Shown here piece after piece: positions 36,847 to 48,130 of a stretch of DNA of 64,000 nt. Numbering within the stretch: position 1 is the first letter of the stretch; each line of letters starts with the position of its first letter. The notes under the pieces were generated by a model. That model was not told the origin of the DNA, did not search any database, and saw only the letters and a list, made by a program, of their open reading frames with translations. The stretch spans positions 1 to 64,000 of the forward strand of contig CAYMEV010000007.1 of NCBI GenBank assembly GCA_964389675.1, given 5' to 3'. Source of the stretch: an uncultured Candidatus Sumerlaeota bacterium. Its GTDB lineage: Bacteria; CAYMEV01. A program made the position numbers and the translations under genes.

Positions 36847-38157
36847 ATGAGATCTTTTGCTGTATTTTGTATAGTGATTGTCATGCCGTTCATTATTTTG
36901 GGCCAGGATCTGGTCGAGCTTTCAATAGATGAAGCAGTTGAAACAGCCCTTAAAAATAATGATCTTTTGATTTCCGAAAATTACAGGGTTAAAGAAGCAG
37001 AAACCATAAAATCAGAAGCTTTCTCCAATTTTTTCCCGAGAATAGATGCTGTTGGCTCAAAACTCCTTAAAGAAAAGCCTATGGTCGTTGAATTCCCTTC
37101 AATGGAGCCGGGCGAACCTCCCTCAAAGATGGAAATAAGCTTTGCAAGAGATTATTCTATCTCAATGCAGGCAAGTCAGCCAATATTTATGGGAGGGCAG
37201 ATATTTTACAGCTGGGAGATAGCAAAAAAAAACCTGGAGATCAGCAGAATCAAGTATAAAGAGCAGAGAGACGAACTGATTTTCCAGGTTAAAAGCACTT
37301 ATTATTTATGTTATATACTGAGTGAGATATTGGATGCTGTTAAGGAGGGTATTGAATTATCAAGGGAGCATTTCAGGCAGGTGGATGCATTTTATCAGGC
37401 AGGGAACGCAACCTATCAGGAATGGCTCAGGGCTAAAGTCCAGCTTTCCAATCTGGACCCGGATCTTCAGGAAGCAGAGAGCAATTTAAGCAATGCCTAT
37501 AATATGCTTAAGCTGCTTCTTGGCGTTGAGAGCGAGATTAAGCTTACCACAAAACTTGACTTTGAAGAGGAAATTGCTTTAGATGAGGGTAAATACAAGG
37601 AAAATATCGGATCCAATCCTGGCTTAAAACAGATTTTGAAGGCAATGGATATTGCAGATTATCAGAGAAAAATTTCATGGGGAGATTATCTTCCCAAGCT
37701 GTCCCTGTCAATTGATTATACTCTGGGTGCTGATGATTTTAAGCTTGAAAGTGATTCCTGGGATAAAAATTACAGCATTACTTTCAATGTGCAGTTCACT
37801 CTTTTTGACGGGTTTGCAAGGGGATCAAGGAGAGCGAGGGCAAAGTTTAATATGAAAGCCCTGGAGCACCAGGCGGCCTTTTATGAAAAAAGGCTTAAAA
37901 ATGAACTCGAGCAGATACTAAACAATATTGAAACATCTCTGGAAAAGACAAAATCCTACAGGGCAAACCTTGCAGATGCAATGGAGTCAGTCAGGGTTTC
38001 AAAGCTGTACTATGAGGAGGGCCTTCTTACAAGCTTCGAGGTCAATGCCTCCAACCTGGATTATACAAAGGCCAAGATAAGCTATCTGAATGCAGTTTAT
38101 GATTATTATCTATCAGTATTCAAGCTTGAAAAGCTGATACCTGAAATTGTAAAATAA
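36847..38157 (+). CDS. TolC family outer membrane protein
   Basis: Signal peptide, LSIDEAVETALKNN, YLPKLSL, YYEEGLLT. Confidence 0.9.
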   Translation: MRSFAVFCIVIVMPFIILGQDLVELSIDEAVETALKNNDLLISENYRVKEAETIKSEAFSNFFPRIDAVGSKLLKEKPMVVEFPSMEPGEPPSKMEISFARDYSISMQASQPIFMGGQIFYSWEIAKKNLEISRIKYKEQRDELIFQVKSTYYLCYILSEILDAVKEGIELSREHFRQVDAFYQAGNATYQEWLRAKVQLSNLDPDLQEAESNLSNAYNMLKLLLGVESEIKLTTKLDFEEEIALDEGKYKENIGSNPGLKQILKAMDIADYQRKISWGDYLPKLSLSIDYTLGADDFKLESDSWDKNYSITFNVQFTLFDGFARGSRRARAKFNMKALEHQAAFYEKRLKNELEQILNNIETSLEKTKSYRANLADAMESVRVSKLYYEEGLLTSFEVNASNLDYTKAKISYLNAVYDYYLSVFKLEKLIPEIVK

Positions 38158-38159
38158 GG

Positions 38160-39218
38160 ATGAAGACTATGAGAAAAGCAATGCTGGGATTATTTTTAGT
38201 ATTCCTTCTGGTATCCTGCGGCCAGGATAAGGGGAATAATAAAGCTGTTGAGAGAGAACTTCTGTATGTAAGGGTTGAGAAAGCAGTAAAACAGGATATA
38301 ATAAGGACTATCAGCCTTCCAGGGCTGACAAAGCCCTTTCAGTCATACAATATTGTCCCGAAACAGGGCGGTATCATCACAAAAATACATTTTGAGGTTG
38401 GGGACCGGGTAAAGAAAAATCAGCTGCTGGTTGAACTTGATACTGAAAATCTGGCAATTCAGAAGAAGAAAGCTGAAGCACAGATTAATATGGCACAATC
38501 CAATTTTGATATTGCAAAAACCAATTATGACAGGATGTCAAGGCTTCATAAGGAAAAAGCGGTCTCAAACGCACAGTTTGAAAATGCCGGGAATGCCTAC
38601 AGCACTGCAGATGCAAACCTTAGACTTGCAAAAGCCTTTCTTGAGGAAGTAAATCAGGCAATCAATGATTCACTGCTTTATGCCCCTTCAGATGGCTTTA
38701 TAGCAAACCGCCTTTATGAGCCTGGTGATTATATAAACCCGATGATGGGGAATGTGCCGGTAATGGTAATTCATCAGATAAACAGGCTGAAAATACTGGT
38801 AAATGTGTCAAAGGAATATATAGGGTATATTAAAGACGGCCAGAAAGCCCTGATCGAGAAATCCGGCAAGGAAGGCCATGTTTTCAGTGTGGGTGTTTCT
38901 GCTGATCCTGCTTCTGGCAGCTTTCCCGTTGAAATAGTTCTTGATAATCAGGATTATCAGTTCAGGCCGGGTTTAACAACATCAGTAGCAATTGTGATTG
39001 CTGAAAAAGAGGATGCAGTTGCCATACCCAAAGAGGCTCTATATGAGCAGGAGTGGGTTTTTATCTATAAGGACGGGATTGTCGCAAAGAGAAAGGTAAT
39101 TATAGATTTTGAGGGTGATGATTATTTTGCTGTAAACAATGGCATAAAGGAATCAGAGGTAATTGTGGTAAATAATCTTTATGCATTAAAGGATAATATG
39201 AAGGTGAGGGTGGATTAG
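38160..39218 (+). CDS. RND periplasmic adaptor lipoprotein
   Basis: Lipobox LVSC; GDRVKKNQLLVELD; YAPSDG; RPGL. Confidence 0.92.
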   Translation: MKTMRKAMLGLFLVFLLVSCGQDKGNNKAVERELLYVRVEKAVKQDIIRTISLPGLTKPFQSYNIVPKQGGIITKIHFEVGDRVKKNQLLVELDTENLAIQKKKAEAQINMAQSNFDIAKTNYDRMSRLHKEKAVSNAQFENAGNAYSTADANLRLAKAFLEEVNQAINDSLLYAPSDGFIANRLYEPGDYINPMMGNVPVMVIHQINRLKILVNVSKEYIGYIKDGQKALIEKSGKEGHVFSVGVSADPASGSFPVEIVLDNQDYQFRPGLTTSVAIVIAEKEDAVAIPKEALYEQEWVFIYKDGIVAKRKVIIDFEGDDYFAVNNGIKESEVIVVNNLYALKDNMKVRVD

Positions 39219-39221
39219 CCG

Positions 39222-42200
39222 GTGAATATCCCGTCTGTTTCAGTTAAGCACAAAATCCAGGTTTTTATGCTTATTATGATATTGATAGTAATAGGCAGCA
39301 TAAATTTCTTTGATATTGGCCTTGACCTTTTCCCGGAGATCGAATTTCCTGCAGTAACTGTTGTTACTACATATTCAGGCGCATCTTCAGAAGATGTTGA
39401 ACAGACGATTACAAAATATATTGAGCAGTGGGTGAGTTCTGTCCAGAGCGTAAAGAAGGTCACATCAATCTCCCAGGAAGGCATATCAGTTGTTATGATT
39501 GAGTTTGAATGGGATACCAATATGGATTTTGCTGCCCAGGATGTCAGAGAGAGCATAGCGATGTTTGAAAGCTTTCTACCTGAAAATGCATCCAAGCCAA
39601 TGGTTTATAAGTTTAATCTCTCAGATATGCCGATAATCATGTATGGCATTACAGGAAATATCGATCAGTATTCCCTGCTTGATTATGTCGAAGACAATAT
39701 TATAATGCGATTTCAGAGGATCGACGGGGTTGCATCAGCACAAGTATTCTCCGAAACAAGCAGGGAGGTGGTGGTCACTCTCTCACTGAATGCACTTCAA
39801 TCATATAATATATCCATTGATCAGGTAATGGCCGCAATTGCAATGAATAATACAAATGCCCCGGCAGGATATATACAGGAAGCTCATAAGGAGTACATTA
39901 TAAGAACCATGGGAGAATATAATGATATCTCTGATATTGAGGATACTGTGGCAGGATTCAGCAGTTATGGCGTGCCTGTAAAGATAAAGGACCTGGGTAA
40001 AGTAAGCTGGGGTGAAAAGGATGTAAGAAGCAAAATGAGCATAAACGGGGAGCAGGGGATCTTCATGATGGTAAGCAAAAGCTCAAATGCAAATACAGTA
40101 AATGTCACCAAGAAGGTAATTGAGCTTGTTGAAGAGATCGAAAAGGACAGTCCTTACAGCATCAAATTCCATACTTTCTTCGACCAGAGCAGGGCCATTA
40201 CTATGATAATCAGTAAAACAACAGGAAATATACTTATAGGAGGGCTCCTTGCTGTAATACTGCTTCTGGTATTTCTCGGCTCATTAAGGCCTACGCTTAT
40301 TATCTCGCTCTCAATACCATTATCTATAGTTGCCACATTCCTTGCAATAAGGCTTGCAGGCTATACATTCAACATGATTACAATGATTGGGCTGGGGCTT
40401 GGAGTCGGTATGCTTGTGGACAATTCCATTGTTGTGCTGGAGAATATATTCAGAAATGTTGAAGAGGGCAAGCCCATAACTGACAGCAGTATTAACGGAG
40501 CAAGTGAGGTTGGTATGGCGATTACAGCTTCTACTTTTACTACTGTTGCTGTATTTTTCCCCATGATACTTGCAAAGGGTATAACGGGCAAACTAATAAG
40601 GCCTATGGCACTTACAATAACCTTCAGCCTTTTATGCTCGCTTTTTGTTGCCATAACCATAATACCCATGTTCTCTGATCTTTTCCTGAGAAAGATAAAC
40701 AGGGAGATGTTGCTGAAGAACAGGAAATTTGAGATGATGGGTTTAAGGAGGTTCTATGTCAGATCTCTTTATATGGTACTCCATAACAGAGGAAAATTTG
40801 TTGCCGGGGTTATTCTCCTTTTTGTGATTTCATTAGCTATAATTCCTATGATCGGGACTGAGTTTATGCCTAAGATGGACAGATCGATGATACTGATGAA
40901 GGTATCACTTCCTGTAGGTACCAAGCTTGAAGAGACTGTGAAAGTCCTTGGGATGCTCAGTAAAAGGTTCAGTGAGCTGCCTGGCCTGATCGCTGTATCT
41001 GAGCAGGCTGGAATAAGTGAAGAATATGCACAGGATGCAGCAAATGAGATGTCACCCAGCGGGCCCTATGAGGGGACCATGTGGATCTATCTTGATGAGA
41101 TGGGTAACAGGCCATACAGCGACTTGCAGATGGTTGATATGGTAGAGAAAAGCATGCCTGAAATGGAGAATGTCAAGATAGAGATGATAGATATGGGGCA
41201 GATGATGATGGGAGGCTCTACATTTCCTATAGAAATAAAGGTCTTCGGGAGTGAGCTTGATAAGCTGAAGGATATTACTGACAGGATTGCTGAAGCTATT
41301 AAGGATGTAAAGGGTATAAGGGATGTAAGGACTGGGCTTCAGGAGGGGAAGCCTGAACTTCAGCTGGTTATAGACAGGGATGCAGCAAACAGCTATGGTC
41401 TAAGCTCTTATCAGGTATCCAATGTCATTCAGATTGCCACGGTGGGCAAGGTTGCAAACCAGTTCAGGAAGGGTGGGGATGAATGGAATATCAGGGTGAT
41501 TATGGATAAGGAACAGAGGAAGAGCCTCGATGATATCCTGCAGATCCCTGTCTCTACGCCTGACGGGAGAAAGATATTGCTTTCAACAATAGCTGATGTA
41601 AAGGAAGGAACCGGTCCTCTTAAAATTAACAGGGAAAATGATGTCAGGGTTGTCAAGGTCAATGCAAACATATTTGAGCGCGACCTGGGATCAGTGGTAA
41701 AGGACGCACAGAAGATAATAAACAATGATATTCTTCCAACTATAAATGATGGCTATGACATTGTTTACGGTGGTCAGTATGAGGATATGATAGATACGTT
41801 TATACAGCTGTTTATGGCTCTTGGACTCGCGATCCTGCTTGTTTATATGGTTATGGCATCCCAGTTTGAGCATTTTCTGTATCCATTCATAATAATGTTT
41901 ACGATCCCTTTCGCATTCATAGGTGTAAGCTTTACCCTGCTTCTTTTTGGGAAGCCTGTCAATCTGCCTGTTTTTGTCGGGATGATTATATTGTGCGGTA
42001 TTGCTGTCAATAACGGTATTGTGCTTGTTGACTACATAAACCGTTTAAGGAGAGGAAAACACGAAGAGGATTTTAAGGCAATTGTACATGCTGCAACTGT
42101 CAGGCTCAGGCCCATATTGATAACAGCGCTGACGACATCTATGGGAATGGTTCCCATGATGCTGTCCAAATCTGAAGGTTCAGAGATGAGATCAGGCATA

Positions 42201-42326
42201 GCATTGGTCATAATTGCAGGACTTGCAACCACCACATTTCTTACACTGTATTTTGTTCCCTGTCTGTACAGCATATTCAGCAGAATAAAGCCCCATAAGA
42301 TATCTCCGAAGGACCTGGGCCTGTGA
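39222..42326 (+). CDS. RND efflux permease (AcrB/SwrC-like)
   Basis: GMLVDNSIVVLENI, GIAVNNGIVLVD, RLRPILIT; GTG start. Confidence 0.95.
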   Translation: MNIPSVSVKHKIQVFMLIMILIVIGSINFFDIGLDLFPEIEFPAVTVVTTYSGASSEDVEQTITKYIEQWVSSVQSVKKVTSISQEGISVVMIEFEWDTNMDFAAQDVRESIAMFESFLPENASKPMVYKFNLSDMPIIMYGITGNIDQYSLLDYVEDNIIMRFQRIDGVASAQVFSETSREVVVTLSLNALQSYNISIDQVMAAIAMNNTNAPAGYIQEAHKEYIIRTMGEYNDISDIEDTVAGFSSYGVPVKIKDLGKVSWGEKDVRSKMSINGEQGIFMMVSKSSNANTVNVTKKVIELVEEIEKDSPYSIKFHTFFDQSRAITMIISKTTGNILIGGLLAVILLLVFLGSLRPTLIISLSIPLSIVATFLAIRLAGYTFNMITMIGLGLGVGMLVDNSIVVLENIFRNVEEGKPITDSSINGASEVGMAITASTFTTVAVFFPMILAKGITGKLIRPMALTITFSLLCSLFVAITIIPMFSDLFLRKINREMLLKNRKFEMMGLRRFYVRSLYMVLHNRGKFVAGVILLFVISLAIIPMIGTEFMPKMDRSMILMKVSLPVGTKLEETVKVLGMLSKRFSELPGLIAVSEQAGISEEYAQDAANEMSPSGPYEGTMWIYLDEMGNRPYSDLQMVDMVEKSMPEMENVKIEMIDMGQMMMGGSTFPIEIKVFGSELDKLKDITDRIAEAIKDVKGIRDVRTGLQEGKPELQLVIDRDAANSYGLSSYQVSNVIQIATVGKVANQFRKGGDEWNIRVIMDKEQRKSLDDILQIPVSTPDGRKILLSTIADVKEGTGPLKINRENDVRVVKVNANIFERDLGSVVKDAQKIINNDILPTINDGYDIVYGGQYEDMIDTFIQLFMALGLAILLVYMVMASQFEHFLYPFIIMFTIPFAFIGVSFTLLLFGKPVNLPVFVGMIILCGIAVNNGIVLVDYINRLRRGKHEEDFKAIVHAATVRLRPILITALTTSMGMVPMMLSKSEGSEMRSGIALVIIAGLATTTFLTLYFVPCLYSIFSRIKPHKISPKDLGL

Positions 42327-42425
42327 CGAAAGGGATATAACAAGCCCGATAAGCCTGCCGTCTCAGGATCATTCTTCTGAAACAAATTTTGTGTTCTGAC
42401 TGAAGACGCTAAAGCAGAATGGACC

Positions 42426-43190
42426 CTAAAACCTTAGAGAAAGACAGGTTAATCCCCCGTCAAGCTTCCTGTACTCAGAAATATCTATTGAAACAGTCCT
42501 GTACCCGGCTTTTTCTATTTTGGATGCTGTAGATGGAAAGCCTGATGGTACGATAACTTTTCCGTTTACATACAGACTGTTTGCAGAGTATGAATCATTT
42601 TCATCCACCAGTATTCTATGATAATCAGAGAATATATCATCTGTCCTGAATTCATCGCTCATTATAAGTGTATTGTTAGTGATGCAGTTAACAGCTGTTT
42701 TAAGGTGCAAAGCCCTTTTTACAGGAACCAAGAATGATTGGATGCCATGCTTTTCAAATATAGCCCTTAGCTGGCCTGCACCCTCATTGTTTGTTCTGGC
42801 GGAAACCCCTATATAAAAGCGGCCGTCAGCCATCATAATATCGCCGCCATCCACAGTCCCGGGCTCCTCAATGCAATAGATCCTGCTGTAATATTTTTCA
42901 ATTATTGTTTTTACCAGGGAGATTTCACCCTTTCTCGTCTCTGCTCCAGGATTTGTCATTACTGCAAATGAGGGAGTCAATACTGCAGTATCCTCTATGA
43001 ACGTCGAATCGGGGTATTCGGGGCTTGCTTGCAGAACCTCGACATCAAGGCCACATTCCTCCAGTATCTTTATATAGTCATCATGCTGTTTTAATGCAAG
43101 GTCATAATCCGGAACAAGCGAAAAATCTTTTCGTAGTCCTTTGGTTATCTCTCTGCATGGCCTTTTTACTATGGCCTTTGTGAAGAACAC
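42426..43190 (-). CDS. dimethylarginine dimethylaminohydrolase (amidinotransferase family)
   Basis: PDSTFIEDTAV, DGGD, RTN, LHLKT, GGLTCLS. Confidence 0.92.
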   Translation of the reverse strand: MFFTKAIVKRPCREITKGLRKDFSLVPDYDLALKQHDDYIKILEECGLDVEVLQASPEYPDSTFIEDTAVLTPSFAVMTNPGAETRKGEISLVKTIIEKYYSRIYCIEEPGTVDGGDIMMADGRFYIGVSARTNNEGAGQLRAIFEKHGIQSFLVPVKRALHLKTAVNCITNNTLIMSDEFRTDDIFSDYHRILVDENDSYSANSLYVNGKVIVPSGFPSTASKIEKAGYRTVSIDISEYRKLDGGLTCLSLRF

Positions 43191-43273
43191 TGAAACTCCT
43201 CCAAAGATTCAAGAATTTATGGATTATTAAAAGATAATATGGTGCATAAGTCAAGCAAAGAGTTTTTTTACTG

Positions 43274-45160
43274 CTACCTATACTGGCTATGGTACAGGTC
43301 AGCATAAAAGCCCTTTGAAAGAAGAAGCTCCCTGTGTGAACCCTGTTCTATTATCCGGCCTTCATTCATTACAATGATTATATCTGCATCCTTGATGGTG
43401 GATAATCTGTGCGCTATCACGAAAGATGTCCTCCCTTTCATAAGATTCCGCATGGCATGCTGTATCAGGACCTCAGTACGTGTATCAACACTGCTTGTTG
43501 CCTCATCGAGTATAAGTATGGCAGGGTCAGTCAGGAATGCCCTGGCTATTGTAATCAGCTGTTTCTGCCCTGATGATATATTGCTTCCTTCTTCATTGAT
43601 TACTGTATCATAACCATCTGGAAGCGTCCTTATAAAGTAGTCTGACTGGGCGGCTTTTGATGCCTTAATAACAGCTTCCCTTGATGGATTATCACATCCA
43701 TATGCTATATTTTCATATATAGTACCCTGAAAAAGCCATGTATCCTGCAGGACCATGCCAAATATGGAACGAAGCCTGTCCCGGCTTATTTTCTTCGTAT
43801 CGGTACCGTCAACTGCAATAGAACCCTTACTGATCTCATAAAATCGCATCAGCAGGTTTACAAGGGTTGTCTTTCCTGCCCCGGTAGGTCCAACTATTGC
43901 TACAGACTGACCATCACTCACTTCCAGGTTAAGGTCACTGATAAGGGGCTTGTCGGGATAATAGGAAAAGTCCATACCTGATATCTGGACATGCCCCCTG
44001 TATCTGTCCTTGTTTATATATGATCCTGAGTCAAGATTATTGTTATCCTGCAGTTCTTCATTTTCATCCAGTATCTCAAAAACCCTTTCAGCGGATGCTA
44101 TTGTAGATTGTATAATGTTTATTATCTGGGATACCTGTATAACTGGCTGGCCAAACTGTTTTGAATACTGGATGAATGCCTGTATGTCACCTATAAGCAT
44201 CCTTCCTGCAGCGACAAGTATGCCTCCAGCTACAGCGATTATGATATAACCCAGGTTGTTTATTACGTGCATGAGAGGCATGACAAGGCCTGATATGAAA
44301 TTTGCTTTCCACCCAAGTTCATTTAATTCCTCATTATATACAAGGAATTTTTTTACAGAAGGTTCTTCGCCGCCGAAAGCCTTAACAACCTGGTGTCCGG
44401 TAATCATTTCCTCAACATGGCCATTCATCCGTCCAAGCACCTTTTGCTGGCGTACAAAAAATCTCTGAGATTTTCTGGCTATTGTCCTTGTCATTAAGAT
44501 GCTTAAGGGAAGGGTTATTATGCTTACCAAAGTCAATAAGGGGCTGATTATTATCATCATTATTATTACGCCTGTCATTGAAAAAAGTGCTGTGACAAGC
44601 TCAGTCAGGCTCTGCTGCATAGTATTGGCAACAGTATCCAGATCATTTGTTACACGGCTTAGAATATCGCCGTGGCTGTGGCTGTCAAACCAGCTGATCG
44701 GAAGCCGGTGCAGTTTTTCAAATACATCTTTTCTCAGTGTAAAGGTTGTTTTCAGAGAAACTGAGACCATTAGATAGGACATTATATACCTGAACGCGGA
44801 ACTTGCAAAATACAGGATAATCAAACTGAGAATCACCTTATATATCAGCCCGAAATCCAGGCTGCTGATATCTGCGTCTGTTACACTTGCCCTGAACAGC
44901 TCGGTAATTGCCATGCCCATTATTTTCGGAGCTGCAATAGTGAACGATGTACTCAATAATGCAGTGAACACAACGAATATGAGCCTGGACCTATGGGGTA
45001 TCAGGTAAATTGCCAGCCTTTTCAGCGTAGCTTTTACATCTTTTGCCTTTTCTACCGGAGCTGCAAGGGCTGCTCCAGGGCCACCGCGGTGGCGTCTGAA
45101 AGGAAGCCCGTCATAATTCCCCTGTCTGCCTGTGTCTTTACCCACTGTTCTCTTCTCCAT
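43274..45160 (-). CDS. ABC exporter, fused permease/ATPase (heterodimer subunit)
   Basis: GPTGAGKT, SSGQKQ, LILDEATS, IAHRLST. Confidence 0.95.
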   Translation of the reverse strand: MEKRTVGKDTGRQGNYDGLPFRRHRGGPGAALAAPVEKAKDVKATLKRLAIYLIPHRSRLIFVVFTALLSTSFTIAAPKIMGMAITELFRASVTDADISSLDFGLIYKVILSLIILYFASSAFRYIMSYLMVSVSLKTTFTLRKDVFEKLHRLPISWFDSHSHGDILSRVTNDLDTVANTMQQSLTELVTALFSMTGVIIMMIIISPLLTLVSIITLPLSILMTRTIARKSQRFFVRQQKVLGRMNGHVEEMITGHQVVKAFGGEEPSVKKFLVYNEELNELGWKANFISGLVMPLMHVINNLGYIIIAVAGGILVAAGRMLIGDIQAFIQYSKQFGQPVIQVSQIINIIQSTIASAERVFEILDENEELQDNNNLDSGSYINKDRYRGHVQISGMDFSYYPDKPLISDLNLEVSDGQSVAIVGPTGAGKTTLVNLLMRFYEISKGSIAVDGTDTKKISRDRLRSIFGMVLQDTWLFQGTIYENIAYGCDNPSREAVIKASKAAQSDYFIRTLPDGYDTVINEEGSNISSGQKQLITIARAFLTDPAILILDEATSSVDTRTEVLIQHAMRNLMKGRTSFVIAHRLSTIKDADIIIVMNEGRIIEQGSHRELLLSKGFYADLYHSQYR

Positions 45161-46865
45161 CCAGCTGTGACCCCATTATTTCCTGATAAACCCTGTTTGA
45201 TTGAGCAAGCGCATCATGGGTTCCAATTCCGGATATCCTGCCCTCATCAATTACTATTATCTTATCAGCCGACATCGCACTGCTTACTCGCTGAGTTATC
45301 ATAAGGACTATGCTGTTTCTGGTGTATTTGACAATCTCTTTGCGAAGTTTCTTTTCTGTTTTTGCGTCCAGTGCAGAAAAACAGTCATCAAAGAGATAAA
45401 TATGAGGCCTTCTGATTAAAGCCCGGGCTATTGCAATCCTCTGCCTCTGGCCTCCTGAAACAGTGGTGCCGCCTTCTGATACCTTTGCCTGAAGGCCTTC
45501 CGGCGATGAAAGTATGAATTTATCTATCTGAGCTGTTTTAATAGCCTTCAGTATTTCATTTTGTCCGGCTTCCCTTTTTCCATAAATAATATTATCCATA
45601 TAACTGCCGGAAAATATGAATGATTTTTGAGGCACATAAGCGATGGAATTTCGAAGCTCCCTGATGGAAAGCTTTTTTATATCCCTGCCTCCTATGCGAA
45701 TAGCTCCAGATTCCGGGTCATAAAAACGCAGGACCATATTCAGGAGAGATGTTTTACCAGAGCCGGTTGCGCCAATTATTGCAATAAAATCACCTGGCCT
45801 GCAGGTGAATGATATATTGCACAGCACAGGGTTTTCTGCTCCTTGGTATCTTAGCGAGACATTATCAAAGCATAAATCTCCTTTGTCGGGAAAAGGACAT
45901 GGGTTCTCAGGCTCTTCAATGCTGGACCTTTTAGCAAGAACTTCTTCTATACGCTTTAAGGAGACTGATGCCTGAGGAATCCTTAGAATGATCATTGATA
46001 CCATTACCAGCGCAAACATAATCTGGCCGACATATTGTATGAATGCCATCAGTGAACCTACCTGCATATCCTGGAGGGAAACCCGCCGGGCTCCGAACCA
46101 TAGCACAAGCACAATCCCCAGGTTTAGGATCAGGGATATATAGGGCATAAGCAGAGCCATAATCCTGCCTACGCTTAACTGGGTTTCCACAAGGCTCCTG
46201 TTTGCCCTGCTGAATCTATTATTCTCATATTCTTTCCTGTTAAAAGCCCTGATCACCCTGAGGCCGGAAAGGTTTTCCCTTACTATCCGGTTTATAGAAT
46301 CTATTTTTACCTGGATAGCTTTAAATAAAGGCATTCCCTTTATTACAAAAAAGAATATGGAAACGGCAAGTACAGGCATGATTGCCCAAAGTATGGAAGA
46401 CAGCCTTGTATCTTGAGTTACAGCCATAAAGATGCCGCCTGCCATAAGAAGTGGCGCTCTCAGCATAATACGGAGAGCCATGAGCATTACATTCTGTATC
46501 TGCATTATATCATTGCTTACACGTGTAATTAAGCTTGATGCACCGAAATTATCCATGTCCGCTAATGAGAAACCGGTGATTTTGACAAAGAGGTCCCTGC
46601 GCATTCGTGTGCCTATTCTTACGGCTGTTTTTGCACTCAGATAGCTTGATGCAAAGGAGCTCAGCATACCGCATAGATTTATTCCAAGCATTATAATGCC
46701 GAGCCTGAGTATAAGGTGCATATCTCCTTCCGCAATTCCATTGTCAACAATAATGCTCATTATTCTGGGAAGAGAAAGCTCAGCCATTGCTCTTACCAGG
46801 ACAAGGAAAACGATTATTCCGATTGCGGCATGATATGGTCTGATATAGCGGGACAGAAACCTCAT
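45138..46865 (-). CDS. ABC exporter, fused permease/ATPase (degenerate-site subunit)
   Basis: GATGSGKT, SGGQRQR, LFDDCFS (non-canonical Walker B), ITQR. Confidence 0.95.
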   Translation of the reverse strand: MRFLSRYIRPYHAAIGIIVFLVLVRAMAELSLPRIMSIIVDNGIAEGDMHLILRLGIIMLGINLCGMLSSFASSYLSAKTAVRIGTRMRRDLFVKITGFSLADMDNFGASSLITRVSNDIMQIQNVMLMALRIMLRAPLLMAGGIFMAVTQDTRLSSILWAIMPVLAVSIFFFVIKGMPLFKAIQVKIDSINRIVRENLSGLRVIRAFNRKEYENNRFSRANRSLVETQLSVGRIMALLMPYISLILNLGIVLVLWFGARRVSLQDMQVGSLMAFIQYVGQIMFALVMVSMIILRIPQASVSLKRIEEVLAKRSSIEEPENPCPFPDKGDLCFDNVSLRYQGAENPVLCNISFTCRPGDFIAIIGATGSGKTSLLNMVLRFYDPESGAIRIGGRDIKKLSIRELRNSIAYVPQKSFIFSGSYMDNIIYGKREAGQNEILKAIKTAQIDKFILSSPEGLQAKVSEGGTTVSGGQRQRIAIARALIRRPHIYLFDDCFSALDAKTEKKLRKEIVKYTRNSIVLMITQRVSSAMSADKIIVIDEGRISGIGTHDALAQSNRVYQEIMGSQLDGEENSG

Positions 46866-46903
46866 TTCAGATCCTTTTTCATATCGTGTAGAAGCTGAGG
46901 GAA

Positions 46904-46931
46904 ATTATGTTTAAGTATTATTTTTTGTCAA
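46904..46931 (-). promoter_or_regulatory. sigma-70 promoter for the ABC exporter pair
   Basis: TTGACA-16 bp-CATAAT. Confidence 0.6.
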
Positions 46932-47025
46932 TATATATGAGATTGGTGTAGATATGGCATTTATGCAAGAAAACAGGCCAGCAGATAACTCCGCTGGTAA
47001 AATCAATAATTAAATAAAAGGGATT

Positions 47026-47061
47026 AAAAAGCAGGGCCTCAGAGAAATACCCGGCTTTTTA
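47026..47061 (-). terminator. probable terminator after rsfS
   Basis: Imperfect inverted repeat AAAAGCAGGG ... CCCGGCTTTT. Confidence 0.4.
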
Positions 47062-47445
47062 TCTCTGGGCCGTATCTTGAGATTCTGGGCCTTTTCTGTC
47101 TGAAGTGAGGGCCTTGCCTCCAGCCCAAAGCTTTTCCAGATTATAATAATCTCTGGATTCCTTGACGAAAATATGGCAGATAACATCAATATAATCAATC
47201 AGTATCCATTTCCCGTTTTCTATTCCTTCAGTGCTATAAGGTACAATACCAAAAGAGCTTTTTAATCCTTTTTCTATATTAAGTCCCAGTGATTGAGCCT
47301 GTTTTTCAATGTCTGTATGACATATAATAAAGTATTCTGCATAGCTTGATATTTCCCTTAGGTCCAGGCAAACAGCATCCTTCCCCTGTTTTTCTTCAAT
47401 CAGTGATAAAATTTTATCTCTGACCTGCTCTGCTGTAATGTGCAT
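47059..47445 (-). CDS. rsfS: ribosome silencing factor
   Basis: EKQGKD..LDL, YFIIC, WILIDY.DVICHIF..RDYYNLEKLW. Confidence 0.93.
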   Translation of the reverse strand: MHITAEQVRDKILSLIEEKQGKDAVCLDLREISSYAEYFIICHTDIEKQAQSLGLNIEKGLKSSFGIVPYSTEGIENGKWILIDYIDVICHIFVKESRDYYNLEKLWAGGKALTSDRKGPESQDTAQR

Positions 47446-47452
47446 AAATAGT

Positions 47453-48130
47453 CTAACACTCCTTTATATTTTGGTATAGGTGGTTATTTAATATATATTC
47501 CTCGACATTCTGCGGAACGAGGTATTTTACGGAAAGACCTTCTTTAATCCTTTTTCTTATTACTGAGCTTGATATATCTATCATGATATTATCCATATAG
47601 TATATTCCTGTTCTTTTATTTCCATAAATGAAATTTTTAATTGGATTAATCGTAAACTCTTTCTTTAGCTTTTCCAGCAGATTCCTGGAATCTGTATCCA
47701 TTGGCCTGGATAATATGAGAAAATTGCATTTTTCCAGTATATCCGGATAGTTCTTCCATGTTTTTATCAGGAGAAAAGCATCAAGGCCGAGTATGAAGAA
47801 AAGATTTTCCGCCTTTATCCCGTAAACTTTCAGAAAATGATTTATTGTCAGATAGGAATATGAGATACTGTCATTCTCAATTTCAAAGCTGCTGATTTCC
47901 ATGCCTCTTATGTCGCTGACTGCCAGATTGAGCATGTTAAGCCTGTGTTTTGCATCCAGCAGGGATGATTTGTTCTTATGTGGGGGGATTCTGGTCGGTA
48001 CAAAGTATACCTTATTAAAGGGCAATAATTTAAGAATATCAGTTATCACCACTATATGCCCTATATGCGGGGGATTAAAGCTTCCTCCGAATAATCCTGT
48101 CAGCATCCTGTTCAAATTATGAATCCTCAT
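47453..48130 (-). CDS. nadD: nicotinate-nucleotide adenylyltransferase
   Basis: FGGSFNPPHIGH, PPHK, ISSSVIR. Confidence 0.95.
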   Translation of the reverse strand: MRIHNLNRMLTGLFGGSFNPPHIGHIVVITDILKLLPFNKVYFVPTRIPPHKNKSSLLDAKHRLNMLNLAVSDIRGMEISSFEIENDSISYSYLTINHFLKVYGIKAENLFFILGLDAFLLIKTWKNYPDILEKCNFLILSRPMDTDSRNLLEKLKKEFTINPIKNFIYGNKRTGIYYMDNIMIDISSSVIRKRIKEGLSVKYLVPQNVEEYILNNHLYQNIKEC